Source of the DNA: Planctomycetota bacterium
GTDB taxonomy: Bacteria > Planctomycetota > GCA-002687715 > CAIWVZ01
Length of the DNA: 64,000 bases
Reading direction: 5' to 3'
NCBI GenBank assembly: GCA_044222185.1
Contig: JBGANV010000002.1
Location: 416,001-480,000 of the forward strand
A program made the position numbers and the translations under genes. The number at the start of each line of letters is the position of its first letter. Position 1 is the stretch's first letter. The notes under the pieces were generated by a model that made no database searches, was not told the origin of the DNA, and saw nothing but the letters and a program-made list of their open reading frames with translations. Positions 46,089 to 56,306 of the stretch are shown piece after piece.

Positions 46089-48752
46089 ATGAGATGGAAG
46101 TTCCTGACGCCAGCGTTCCTGTCGTTGTTCGTGGCACCGCTCCAGGCGCAGATCCCACCGTCCGTCCAGCTGCAGGCGGCGCAGGCGTGGTCGGGAACCG
46201 CGGGAAGCGCGAACGCCGGGTGGTCCATCGCGTCCGGCGGTGGCGTGATCCTGACGGGATCGCCGGGTGGCAGTCCGCCGGGACCCGGCGTCAACTCCTG
46301 GACAGGCGGGCCGCCGCCCCTCGGCCCGACGGGCGCGGGGACCGTGCAAGTGCGCGCGAGCGTCGGCGGTCAGGTGCTCAACACGTTGCTCGGTGAAGCC
46401 GGGGGCGATCGCTTCGGCTTCGTCGTGTGCAACATCGGGGACGTGGATGGGGATACGGCCCCAGACTTCGCCATCGGAGCTCCGTTCGGCGGCGGAGGTA
46501 CGGGCCGCGTCTATGTCTATGCGAATGCCGACCTTCAGGGGCCTTTCACGCCTTCGCCCTTGTTCGTGTTGTCGGGGTTCCTTCCCAACGATCGCTTCGG
46601 GGTGTCGGTGTGTGGGATCGGTGACATCACCGGCGACGGCCTCGACGAGTTCGTCGTTGGCGCGCCCAAGGCTGGGCTCTTCCACGTGGGCCAGGCCTAC
46701 GTCTTCAGTCCCCAACCCGGAGGAGCTCAGCTTCTCGCCCCGGTGATGAATGGCGAGGCGGTCCAACCCGTGTTCGGCGGAAGTCTGGCGGCGGTGGGGG
46801 ATCTGGACGGTGACGGTCGCTCGGAGATCGCCATCGGCGCATCGGGATCGGGCGACACGCCACAGGCGACGACGGGAGCGGGTCGCGTGTACATCTTCCG
46901 GGGGTCGAACCGGACGTTGCTCGGCCAGATCAACGGACCCGTCACCGGAGGCCTGTTCGGGTACAGCATCTCTCGCCTCGGCGACGTCAGCGTCCCCGCT
47001 GACGGAATCCCCGACTTCGCGGTTGGAGCGCCCCGTTCGGGATCCCTGACCGCGGACGATTCGGGGCGGGTGTTCATCTACTCGGGCGCGACACGTGCCC
47101 TGATGAGAACCTTCAGTCAGGCGACACCGGGCGACTTGCTCGGCGCCGCGGTCGTCGGGACGGGGAACGCCGACGCGGACGCGCAGCTCGAGGTGGCCAT
47201 CGGGTCGCCGGGTTCGGGCCTCGACGGACGCCCCGGTCGCGTGCTCCTCGTTGGCGCCAGCGATGGCGTCGTGAAATCCACCGTGTCCGGCGAACGGCCG
47301 AACGACCGGATGGGAATGAGCATCGGCGTCCTCGACGACATCAATTTCGACGGTCGCCCGGAGCTGCTCGCGGGAAGCCCGAACCACGACATGGCGGAGA
47401 ACGTGGCCAATCGCATGGACGATGGCCGCGGGATGGTCTTCGTCTTGCCTCGAACCCTCTACGTCTCCGCCACCGCGGGGCCTGGCGGGAACGGCTCCTA
47501 CGCGACGCCTTACGCCTCGATCGGGATGGCGATTGCGTCGGCGCGCCACGGCGACACGATCTTCGTCGGGCCGGGAACCTACGCCGAATCGCTGTTTCTC
47601 AACGTCAACGTCCGCCTCGTGGGGGCGGGCACGACCCCGACGATCATCGATCCGGGCCCCAACGCACTGTTAGGCGCCCTCTCCGTCGGCATGGGCACCG
47701 ACGACACGTGCCTCCTGGAAGGGTTGACCTTCCGACAGGTCCTCGCCACGGCCGGCGGGGCGACGATCCGGAACTGCCGCATCGGGCGGCTGAACGTCGT
47801 GCGCGGTTACCTGGGATCGACCTACGTCGACCGCGTCGACATCGTTCGGCTCGATCATTGCACGATCGACACGTTGCACGTCGAGGGCCCGATCCTTCCA
47901 ACGTCGCTGGGAGACCCCTATCCGCTCCAGGTCCAGATGGACCACTGCAGCATGCGCCCCATGGGCACGGGTCTCGCGCCCATCTTCACGCGTCTCGCGG
48001 AACTGACCCTGACCAATTCCATCATCTGGGACCCGACGTCGTCGGTCGACATCCTCGCGCCGACGGGGAGCCCGGTGACGACGCCCGGCCCCGAGGGGTC
48101 CCTCGTCCGGTCGCGGTATTGCGTGATGGCCTACAACACCGTCGGGTTCGATCCGACCAACGTCGTGGGCGATCCGAAGTTCGCGAACGCGTCGGCGGGG
48201 GATCTTCGACTGCGCATCGACTCGCCCGCCATCGACGCCGGCGATCCCGCGGCCCCGTTGGACCCCGACGGATCGCGAAGCGACGTCGGCGCGTCGTACG
48301 CTCCTCCCGACCACCTGCCGGGGTCGGCGGACCGCGTCTACCTTGCGACGGCGCTGAACGCGTTGCCGCTCGGCGCGGCCGGGTCGGACATCCATCCCGC
48401 CCAGCCCGGCAACGCGGCGACCTTCTCGGTCTGGACGACGAACACGGCCCTCCTCGGAAGTCCCATGCTCGTCCTGGCGCAGGGATACCCGGCTCTCAAT
48501 TCGATTCCGCCGACGCCGGGGCTTCCCGCGTTCATCCGACTGAATCCCTACGTGCTGCCGTACTTCGTCCTCTTCGGCACGGCGTCGCCGATCGGGCTTC
48601 CGGTCCTGTCGGGGACGCCGACGACCTTCGCGCTGGGCATCCCGCCCGGGCTCGCGGGGATCACCATTCGGGTCCAGGCCTTCGCCGTGTCACCGCTGGC
48701 GCTGGCAGCCGGCATCGCCGCATCTTCGGCCCACGAGTTCGTCGTCAACTGA
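46089..48752 (+). CDS. Secreted FG-GAP (integrin-alpha propeller) + beta-helix protein with conserved C-terminal domain
   Basis: Signal peptide; repeated FG...GD.DGDG..D..IGAP; YV....G.GS...P..SI...GD.I.V.PGTY; SPAIDAG...DPDG...D.GA; terminal domain. Confidence 0.88.
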   Translation: MRWKFLTPAFLSLFVAPLQAQIPPSVQLQAAQAWSGTAGSANAGWSIASGGGVILTGSPGGSPPGPGVNSWTGGPPPLGPTGAGTVQVRASVGGQVLNTLLGEAGGDRFGFVVCNIGDVDGDTAPDFAIGAPFGGGGTGRVYVYANADLQGPFTPSPLFVLSGFLPNDRFGVSVCGIGDITGDGLDEFVVGAPKAGLFHVGQAYVFSPQPGGAQLLAPVMNGEAVQPVFGGSLAAVGDLDGDGRSEIAIGASGSGDTPQATTGAGRVYIFRGSNRTLLGQINGPVTGGLFGYSISRLGDVSVPADGIPDFAVGAPRSGSLTADDSGRVFIYSGATRALMRTFSQATPGDLLGAAVVGTGNADADAQLEVAIGSPGSGLDGRPGRVLLVGASDGVVKSTVSGERPNDRMGMSIGVLDDINFDGRPELLAGSPNHDMAENVANRMDDGRGMVFVLPRTLYVSATAGPGGNGSYATPYASIGMAIASARHGDTIFVGPGTYAESLFLNVNVRLVGAGTTPTIIDPGPNALLGALSVGMGTDDTCLLEGLTFRQVLATAGGATIRNCRIGRLNVVRGYLGSTYVDRVDIVRLDHCTIDTLHVEGPILPTSLGDPYPLQVQMDHCSMRPMGTGLAPIFTRLAELTLTNSIIWDPTSSVDILAPTGSPVTTPGPEGSLVRSRYCVMAYNTVGFDPTNVVGDPKFANASAGDLRLRIDSPAIDAGDPAAPLDPDGSRSDVGASYAPPDHLPGSADRVYLATALNALPLGAAGSDIHPAQPGNAATFSVWTTNTALLGSPMLVLAQGYPALNSIPPTPGLPAFIRLNPYVLPYFVLFGTASPIGLPVLSGTPTTFALGIPPGLAGITIRVQAFAVSPLALAAGIAASSAHEFVVN

Positions 48753-48781
48753 CGTCCGGTCCGCCAATGGAGGGTGAAACG

Positions 48782-51700
48782 ATGAACGCCACGTGTCGCA
48801 TCGGTTGCATCGTCGCAGCCTGCTTCCTGTCGTGCGCGACGTGCGTCATGGCGCAGTTCGAAGACTGCAGTCCGGCGGCGACGCTCGTCTTTCCGGGGAT
48901 CAACCCGGGTCCGCCGTTCGGAGGCGACGGCACCTCTTTCACCAATTCGGGCATGAGCGCGTCGGTCGGGTTCAGCAGTCCGTGCGGCGCCACGAACGAC
49001 GACGGGTGGTTCCGTTATGTGGCGACGCGCACGGGGACGACGGTCATCGACACGGCGACGCCGCTCGGGTTCAGCGTCCTCGCCCTCGGCGACACCGTCA
49101 TCGACGTCCACACCGCCTGCAGCCAGGCGGCTCATCTCGCCTGCAATGGCGGGCTCGTCCAAAGTGGCGGGTTGAAGGCCCGCGTGTCGTTCCAGGCCAC
49201 GGCCGGAGTGACGTACTACGTGCGGATCTCGTCGCCGTCGATCGCGGCGGCCGACTTCTACTTGACGATCGCGGAACACCCGGCCGTCGTGAACGACGAG
49301 CCGTATGCACCGCTGACGCTGCTCGCGGGGCTGAACCCGGGCGGCGGCGCCGGGAACGGAGGCTTCTATGCCATGGCCGGCGCCACCCCCACGCCGTCCC
49401 TGGATGCCATATGCCCGATTTCGCCCGCCGTCCCGGTCCCCCCGCCGCCCTCGAACGACGTGTGGTTCACGTTCACCGCGACGACGACGGAAACGACCGT
49501 CTTCGACACCTGCGAGGGAGTCATGCCCCTCGGCGGCGCCGCCACGCTCACGCTGTTCTCTCTCGGGGGTGCCACCACCTCGTACGTCGCCTGCAACCAG
49601 GATGCGTGTCCGGGCTGCGGCGGCGGGGCGCGCCTCACGGCATCGCTCAACGCGGGCACCACCTACCTCCTGCGCGTGGCCTCGGCTCCCGTCGCGCCGC
49701 CCGTCCCGTTCCGGGTGCGCGTCACGGGCTCGGGGGTGAGCAACGGGCCGGCCTTCTCGCCCTTCGAAGGCAGGACGATCGTCGCTCCTCCCGCGGCGTC
49801 GCACGCGGACGTCAACTGGACCGTGCTCGGGGATGCGAACCAGGACGGAACGCCCGACCTCGTCGTCGGCATCCCGGGTGATGCAACCAATGGATGGGGG
49901 GCTGGCCGCGTCGTGGTGCTGTCGGGGTCGAACGGGGCACAGCTGAGTGCGTTCGCCAATGCGCCGGCCGGGGCTCGGCTGGGGGCTTCGGTCTGCTGCG
50001 TGGGCGACGTGGGGAACGACGGCGTCCCCGACTTCGCCGTCAGCGCGCCTTTCCTCGCGGGGGCGACGCCCGCAGTGGCTGGGGAGGTGTTCATCGTCTC
50101 CGCGACGGGTCAGCAGATCGGAACCTGGGCTACGTTCGCCAAAGCCCCATTCGCCTACGGTGGAGTCTGGGGTTCGGGCCTCGCGGCTGTCGGCGACTGG
50201 GACCTCGACGGTGTCATGAATCTCTGCGTGACGGATTGGGGCGAGGCCGGCACGTCCGTTCGAACGCCTCTCTACGTCATTGGCGATCGCAACGGCGACG
50301 GCGTGGACGACGTGGCGCGCTTCCGGATTCCGTCGGGGTCCGCGAGCGCCTTCCTCGCGACGCAAAGCGGGACGGTCGAGAGCATCCCGTACCTCTTCCT
50401 CGGATCCCCGTGGCCCGTCACGATCCCGAACACGCTCGTCGGATTTCCGACGCAGGTTTGTGCCGCGGGGCGCATCGACTCGGATGCGATCTCCGATTAC
50501 CTGCTGGGGATTCCCGGTGACAACACCACGGGGTCGCTCGCCGGCAAGGTCGTCGTGGTATCGGGGGCGACCCATGCCTTCGTCACGCAGTTCCTCGGCG
50601 CGAACGCCGGTGACCGGTTCGGCACCGCCGTCGCCGCGGTTGGCGACTTCAATTTCGACGGGGTGCCCGATTTCGCGATCGGCGCGCCGTACGACGACAC
50701 GAACGGAAACGATGCGGGCAGCGTCACCGTCGTCTCCAGCAGCACCGGCCAGGTGATCCAGAAGTTCTTCGGCGACCTTCCCGGTGATCGCTTCGGCTGG
50801 TCGCTGCATCGCGCGGATGCGCCGGCGCGCCCCGGTCGAACGCGGCTGTTCGCGTCGGCGAACCCCGTTCTCGCGCAGCGGGCGCCGTACGGACGCTTCC
50901 TGGGCTCGGATCGAACGGTCGTTCAGGGCGACAGCGCGAACGACGAATGCGGTTACTCGGTGGCCATCGTTCCCGACGCGGATGGCGACGGACGGAGCGA
51001 CCTCATCGTCGGCATCCGGAAGGAAGAGGTTGGAAGCCTGACGGACGCAGGCGTCGCGCGGCTCGTTTCGGGAAGCACCGGCGCGACGATCCGCCAGTGG
51101 AACGGAACGGCCTCCTTCGAGCAGTTCGGCCAGACGGTCGTGCTGGTCGGGGACATCGATCATGACGGGACGCGGGACGTGGCCTTCGGAGCACCCCACG
51201 CGTCCCCGGCGGGATCCGGGTCCAACTCGGGCCAGGTCAAGGTCGTCTCGGGCGCGACGGGGCAGCTTCTCAGGACGTTCAACGGACTCGCCGCGGGAGG
51301 CTGGTTCGGCTTCGACATCGCCGATGCGGGCGACGTCGATGGCGACGGAACGGCCGACATCGTTTCCGGCGCCCAGTTCCACGATCTGCCGGGTCTGACG
51401 GACGCGGGGGTGGTGCGGGTGCATTCGGGCGCGACGGGCGCCGTGATCCACCAATGGAACGGGACGGTCGCCGGGGGGAAGCTGGGTATCTCGCTTGCAG
51501 GCGTCGGCGACGTGGACGGAGACGGGAGAGCCGACGTGGCCGTCGGAGCCAGTTCCGACGGCACGTTTGGCACCGCCGCCGGCCGGGTCTTCGTGTTCTC
51601 CGGTGCGACCGGCGCGATGATCCGCGATCTTCACCCCGCGGGCGCGAACGCCGAGTTCGGATACAGCCTCGCTCCGGCGGGCGACCTCGACCGCGACGGT

Positions 51701-52585
51701 CGCCCGGACATCCTCGTCGGGGCCAGGGGTTACTCGCAAAGCCTGGGGAAGGTCTACGTGATCTCGGGTGCGACCGGCGCCGTGGTGCGCGTGGTGCAAG
51801 GAAGCGCGGTCGGTGACCGGTTCGGCTTTTCGCTCGCCTCCGGGATGGACGTGAACGCGGACGACTTCCCGGACTTCGTCGTCGGGGCGCCATTCGACGA
51901 CGACGTGGCGGTCGATGCCGGGGCCGTCCATCTGGTGTCTGGCTTCGACGGGCGGAGTCTCGCGAAGTACCGGGGATCGGCCGCGGCGGACAACATGGGC
52001 CTCTTCGTCGCGCTCGGCGGTGACGTCGACGGCGATGGGATCCCGGATGCGGCCGGTGGGTCGCCGTTCAACGATCAGAACGGCAGCAGTTCCGGGCGGG
52101 CCCAACTATTCCGTGGACCGCTCTCGCCGCGCTTCCCTGGCACCGCCGACGACTTCATCACCCTCGCCTCCGTGTCGAATGGTCCATTCCGCGTGGGAAG
52201 GGAGCGGGACGTCGTCAGTCTCGTCGCCGGCAACCTCCTCACGGTCTGGTGGGGTTCACCCACGAGCCGCTTCGACTTCCAGCCGTTCTTCCTCGCCGCG
52301 GAGAGCTTCGTGCCGGGCCAACGGCCGGCCGTACCCTCGTGCTATCCCGCGGCGCCGTGCTTCTCGGGCCTGCAGTTCGCACCGCTCCCGCAGAACGTCT
52401 TGATGGGACCCGTCGGTGGTCCGTTCGGCTTTCCGCTGCTCTTCCCGGGCGGCAATCAGGCGAACTTCCTCGTCCCACCCGGGCTCGGCGGGCTGAGGGT
52501 GCTGTTGCAGCCAGTGGTACTCTCGGGCCTCGCGCTCAACGGGTCCTACGCGGCGGCGAATGCGATCGTGCTCGATCTGAACTGA
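48782..52585 (+). CDS. Large secreted FG-GAP repeat protein with two Cys-containing beta-sandwich domains and conserved C-terminal domain
   Basis: RBS GGAGG and signal peptide; two D[GV]WF...T..[IF]DT...ACN...G.TY..R modules; more than 10 FG-GAP repeats; terminal domain. Confidence 0.88.
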   Translation: MNATCRIGCIVAACFLSCATCVMAQFEDCSPAATLVFPGINPGPPFGGDGTSFTNSGMSASVGFSSPCGATNDDGWFRYVATRTGTTVIDTATPLGFSVLALGDTVIDVHTACSQAAHLACNGGLVQSGGLKARVSFQATAGVTYYVRISSPSIAAADFYLTIAEHPAVVNDEPYAPLTLLAGLNPGGGAGNGGFYAMAGATPTPSLDAICPISPAVPVPPPPSNDVWFTFTATTTETTVFDTCEGVMPLGGAATLTLFSLGGATTSYVACNQDACPGCGGGARLTASLNAGTTYLLRVASAPVAPPVPFRVRVTGSGVSNGPAFSPFEGRTIVAPPAASHADVNWTVLGDANQDGTPDLVVGIPGDATNGWGAGRVVVLSGSNGAQLSAFANAPAGARLGASVCCVGDVGNDGVPDFAVSAPFLAGATPAVAGEVFIVSATGQQIGTWATFAKAPFAYGGVWGSGLAAVGDWDLDGVMNLCVTDWGEAGTSVRTPLYVIGDRNGDGVDDVARFRIPSGSASAFLATQSGTVESIPYLFLGSPWPVTIPNTLVGFPTQVCAAGRIDSDAISDYLLGIPGDNTTGSLAGKVVVVSGATHAFVTQFLGANAGDRFGTAVAAVGDFNFDGVPDFAIGAPYDDTNGNDAGSVTVVSSSTGQVIQKFFGDLPGDRFGWSLHRADAPARPGRTRLFASANPVLAQRAPYGRFLGSDRTVVQGDSANDECGYSVAIVPDADGDGRSDLIVGIRKEEVGSLTDAGVARLVSGSTGATIRQWNGTASFEQFGQTVVLVGDIDHDGTRDVAFGAPHASPAGSGSNSGQVKVVSGATGQLLRTFNGLAAGGWFGFDIADAGDVDGDGTADIVSGAQFHDLPGLTDAGVVRVHSGATGAVIHQWNGTVAGGKLGISLAGVGDVDGDGRADVAVGASSDGTFGTAAGRVFVFSGATGAMIRDLHPAGANAEFGYSLAPAGDLDRDGRPDILVGARGYSQSLGKVYVISGATGAVVRVVQGSAVGDRFGFSLASGMDVNADDFPDFVVGAPFDDDVAVDAGAVHLVSGFDGRSLAKYRGSAAADNMGLFVALGGDVDGDGIPDAAGGSPFNDQNGSSSGRAQLFRGPLSPRFPGTADDFITLASVSNGPFRVGRERDVVSLVAGNLLTVWWGSPTSRFDFQPFFLAAESFVPGQRPAVPSCYPAAPCFSGLQFAPLPQNVLMGPVGGPFGFPLLFPGGNQANFLVPPGLGGLRVLLQPVVLSGLALNGSYAAANAIVLDLN

Positions 52586-52591
52586 GGCCGG

Positions 52592-55348
52592 ATGGAATCG
52601 CAAGACGACCGCACGCTCCCCATGGGGTCCGACTCGGCGAAGGCCGAGGCGCGGCCAGCGCCGGGCGCGGTCACGTCCGAGGTCTTCGGCTCGGGGCGGT
52701 ACCGCGCCATCCGCGTCCTCGGGCGGGGTGCGCAGGGGACCGTCTACCTCGCCGAGGACACCGTCCTCAATCGACGCATCGCGTTGAAGGTCATCTCGCT
52801 CGGCGGAGAGATGTCCGCGGACGGCATCGCGCGCTTTCGCCGCGAGGCCGACCTCGCGGGCCGGTTGAGCCATCCCGGGATCTGCACCGTGCTGGACGTC
52901 GGTCTCGAGGCGAGACTTGCCTACATCGCCATGCAGTACGTCGAGGGCGAGACGCTCCAGCAACGTCTCGCCGTCGCGCGCTCGGACGCGACCACGCGGG
53001 AGGAACCGGGGTTGCACATCTCGAAGTTCGGGCCCGACGTTGCGGGCGACGATCCGAAGCGAGCTACCGCGTCCCGTCCCCGCGTCGACGTCGACGTCCA
53101 GAGGACGGTCCGGTTGATCGAGGACGTCGCGCGCGCGCTGCACGCCGCACACGAGGTCGGGATCGTTCACAGGGACATCAAGCCCGCCAACATCATGGTG
53201 GGGGCGGACGACAGGGCGGTCGTGCTGGATTTCGGTCTCGCGCGCGACGTCGTGGATGGCGAGACGATCACCCAGCCAGGGTTCCAGCTCGGAACGCCTT
53301 ATTACATGTCGCCGGAGCAACTCATGCTGGGACACGTGCGCCTCGACCGGCGCACCGACGTCTATTCCCTCGGCGTCACGCTGTACGAGTGTCTGACGCT
53401 CGACAGGCCTTTCGACGCGCCGACGCGTGAAGGGCTGTGGCAGGCGATCCAGCATCAGGACGCGACGGACGCGCGGCGGCGGAATCGCTCGATCTCGTCG
53501 GATCTGTGGAAGGTCGTCCAGGTCGCGATCGAGAAGGATCGCGATCGCCGATATCAGACCGCTCTGCAATTCGCCGACGACCTCCGTCGCGTGCGCCAGG
53601 GTGAGCCGATCCTCGCCCGCCCCGTGGGCCCGTTCGGCCGTCTCGTGCGGTGGACGCGCCGCCGGCCGGCGCTCGCCGCCGCGTGGCTGGGTGTCCTCAC
53701 ATCTCTCAGCGCGGGCCTCGCGACGTCGCTGACGCTTCTCGCGCAACGAACGCGGGAGACCAAGCGCGCGAACGAGATGACGGCCGTGGCGCTGTCCCGC
53801 CTCAGCGATTCCGAGAGCCTGGCCGACCTCGGCCTTGCGCGCCAACTCGTCATCGAGGAGCCGCGACTGTGGCCCGCGCACCCACGCCTCGTGCCCGCGA
53901 TCGACGATTGGATCCACCGCGCGCGCTCGCTCGTGGAGAGGCGGGATCGCTATCGAGCAGACTTGGCCCGGATCCGCGAGTCGGCCATCCCACTGGACCC
54001 GATCCGGCGGCAAGCCGAGCGGGAACGAGCCCAGCTGTTGCTCGCGACCAGCGCGGTGCGATCGAAGGAGGCCGAGACGATCGCGTCCGAGCGCGCCGCG
54101 ATCGCATCCGGGGCGCCGACGATCGACGTTCCGATCGGCAATCGCGACGCCGCGCTGCTCCAGCTCGACGCGTCGATCGAGGACTGTCGGATTGCCAGCG
54201 AACGCCTGCGCGCCGCCGCGGACGAGCCGTCCGAGTGGGCGTTCGCCGATCCGTCCGTCGCGTGGCGGCACGAAGTGCTCACGACGTTGGTCCGCGAGAT
54301 GTCCTCGATCGCGGACCCAGGTGACGGGGCCGGCCTTTTGCGGCGCGTGGAGGCGCGGCGCCGGATCGCCGCGGAGCTGCGACACGTCACGCTCGACGGG
54401 CCGGCCGAGGATTGGCGGCGCGCGATCGCGATGATCGGCGATCCGCGAGTCCTTCCGGTCTATGGCGGGCTCGAGATCACGCCGCAGCTCGGCCTCATCC
54501 CCGTCGGCGTGGACCCCGGGAGTCGTCTGTACGAGTTCGCGCACGTCGCGAGCGGCGCGCCGGCCGTGCGCGGACCCGACGGGCGACTCGTCGTTTCCCC
54601 CGACTCGGGGATCGTCCTGGTGCTCGTCCCCGGCGGCGAATTCAACATCGGCAGCCGGCTCCCCGCCGGCGAGTTCGTCGAAGGCGATCCGAACGTCGAT
54701 CCCGAACGGCAACCGTTCGACCTGCCGGTCCAGGGCGTCACCCTTCCAGCGTTCTTCGTTTCCAAGTGGGAGATGACACAAGCCCAATGGAAGCGACTGA
54801 CGGGAAGGAACCCGTCGTTGAATCGTGGGCTCGCCAACGGCCGCCTCTTCACGCTGACGTGTCCCGTCGACAACGTCAGCGGCGCGGAGGCGCTGGAGGT
54901 CGCGCGCATGGTCGATCTGGACCTTCCGTCGGAGGCCGAGTGGGAATTCGCCACGCGCGCGGGCACGCGGACGGTCTGGTACACGGGCGATCGCGTCGAA
55001 CTCGTCCAGGCGGCCGCCAACCTCATGGGCTCGACGGAGGGTGGGCCCGACCGGTTCGTGCAGATTGCGCCGATCGGGAGCTTCGCGCCGAACGCGTTCG
55101 GCCTGTACGACGTTTACGGGAACGTCCGCGAATGGTGCCGCGACATTCGCGATGCCGACACGAACGGAAATCGAGACGGCGAGGGGCGCTCGGCTCGCGC
55201 CGTCGGGTTTGGAGTGATGCGCGGAGGTGGATTCAGTGACTCGCCGGCGTCGGCGCGATCGGCCGCCCGGTACTGGCACCCCTTCGACTCCGCGTATTGC
55301 CCGGCGGGTGTGCGGCCGGTCCGCCGGCTCCGCCCCGATTCCGAGTAG
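52592..55348 (+). CDS. Ser/Thr protein kinase fused to an FGE-sulfatase (SUMF1-like) domain
   Basis: LGRGAQGTVY, ALK, HRDIKPAN, DFG, GTPYYMSPEQ, one TM-like segment, LPSEAEWE..RAG, NAFGLYD..GNV.EW and RGG. Confidence 0.92.
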   Translation: MESQDDRTLPMGSDSAKAEARPAPGAVTSEVFGSGRYRAIRVLGRGAQGTVYLAEDTVLNRRIALKVISLGGEMSADGIARFRREADLAGRLSHPGICTVLDVGLEARLAYIAMQYVEGETLQQRLAVARSDATTREEPGLHISKFGPDVAGDDPKRATASRPRVDVDVQRTVRLIEDVARALHAAHEVGIVHRDIKPANIMVGADDRAVVLDFGLARDVVDGETITQPGFQLGTPYYMSPEQLMLGHVRLDRRTDVYSLGVTLYECLTLDRPFDAPTREGLWQAIQHQDATDARRRNRSISSDLWKVVQVAIEKDRDRRYQTALQFADDLRRVRQGEPILARPVGPFGRLVRWTRRRPALAAAWLGVLTSLSAGLATSLTLLAQRTRETKRANEMTAVALSRLSDSESLADLGLARQLVIEEPRLWPAHPRLVPAIDDWIHRARSLVERRDRYRADLARIRESAIPLDPIRRQAERERAQLLLATSAVRSKEAETIASERAAIASGAPTIDVPIGNRDAALLQLDASIEDCRIASERLRAAADEPSEWAFADPSVAWRHEVLTTLVREMSSIADPGDGAGLLRRVEARRRIAAELRHVTLDGPAEDWRRAIAMIGDPRVLPVYGGLEITPQLGLIPVGVDPGSRLYEFAHVASGAPAVRGPDGRLVVSPDSGIVLVLVPGGEFNIGSRLPAGEFVEGDPNVDPERQPFDLPVQGVTLPAFFVSKWEMTQAQWKRLTGRNPSLNRGLANGRLFTLTCPVDNVSGAEALEVARMVDLDLPSEAEWEFATRAGTRTVWYTGDRVELVQAAANLMGSTEGGPDRFVQIAPIGSFAPNAFGLYDVYGNVREWCRDIRDADTNGNRDGEGRSARAVGFGVMRGGGFSDSPASARSAARYWHPFDSAYCPAGVRPVRRLRPDSE

Positions 55349-55471
55349 GGGCCGGACTGGGGTTTGGCCACGCCGCGACGCCCCGGCGGAGCCCTCGGCA
55401 GTGTGACGCGCCTCGGACTTGGCTCCTCCTTGCTCGCCGAACGCTCGCCGTCGTGGGATGATCTGCGCCTC

Positions 55472-56302
55472 ATGCCCGACACCCCGCGCCAGAACCGGCT
55501 CTTCGCATCCGACGGCAAGTGCTTCGACGTCGCCATCGACCATGGCTTCTTCAACGAGGCCGCCTTCCTCGACGGCATCGTGGACATGCCGGCGGCGATC
55601 GCCACGGTCGTGGCGGCGCGCCCCGACGCCATTCAACTCAGCCCCGGACAAGCCGCGCATCTGGGACGGATCCGCGGACCCAAACCGGCACTCGTCCTGC
55701 GCACCGACGTGGCGAACGTCTACGGCCGCCCGCTGCCCGATACGCTCTTCAGCGAACTCGTCGACGAGGCCGTGGAGACCGCGGTCCGGGCCGATGCCGC
55801 CTGCGTCGTCGTGAACCTCCTGCGGCTTCCGGGCGAGCCCGAGCTGCACCGGGCCTGCCTCCGCAACATCTCTCGCCTCAAACCTTCGTGTGAGCGGTAT
55901 GGCATGCCGCTGATGGTCGAGCCCCTCGTCATGAAGGGCGAGGCGGTGTCCGGGTACGGGGTCGATGGCGATCCGCGGCTGATCGTCCCGCTCGTGCGGC
56001 AGGCGGTCGAGATGGGCGCCGACGTGATCAAGGCCGACCCGACGGACCGCGTCTCGGACTTCACCGAGGTGGTGCGGGTGGCGGGCGGCGTTCCCGTGCT
56101 CGTGCGGGGCGGCGGTCGAGCGTCGGACGCGGACATCCTCGCGCGGACGCACGCGCTCATGGCGACGGGCGCGCGGGGGATCGTCTATGGGCGGAACGTC
56201 ATCCAGCACCCCAAGCCCGCGGCGATGACGCGCGCCCTGATGGCGATCGTGCACGACGGCGCGTCGCCCGAGCGCGCGGGCCAGATCCTGGCGGCCGGGT
56301 GA
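55472..56302 (+). CDS. Class I aldolase, DhnA/LsrF family
   Basis: AIDHG, PLMVEP, GADVIK (Schiff-base Lys), VLVRGG and GIVYGRNV. Confidence 0.88.
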   Translation: MPDTPRQNRLFASDGKCFDVAIDHGFFNEAAFLDGIVDMPAAIATVVAARPDAIQLSPGQAAHLGRIRGPKPALVLRTDVANVYGRPLPDTLFSELVDEAVETAVRADAACVVVNLLRLPGEPELHRACLRNISRLKPSCERYGMPLMVEPLVMKGEAVSGYGVDGDPRLIVPLVRQAVEMGADVIKADPTDRVSDFTEVVRVAGGVPVLVRGGGRASDADILARTHALMATGARGIVYGRNVIQHPKPAAMTRALMAIVHDGASPERAGQILAAG

Positions 56303-56306
56303 TGCC

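Noticed and set aside
42074-46396. 1440-aa ORF on the + strand
   Set aside because: Antisense shadow of the MurG-MurJ fusion; Arg/Ala-rich with no motifs, typical of high-GC DNA.
47708-48781. N-terminal extension of the 1625-aa ORF
   Set aside because: It overlaps the upstream gene; the real start is ATG 48782 with RBS and signal peptide.
46400-52100. Recurring GGCGAC/GACGGC-type motifs as a DNA repeat array or CRISPR
   Set aside because: They encode FG-GAP protein repeats; there are no fixed-length identical repeats with spacers.
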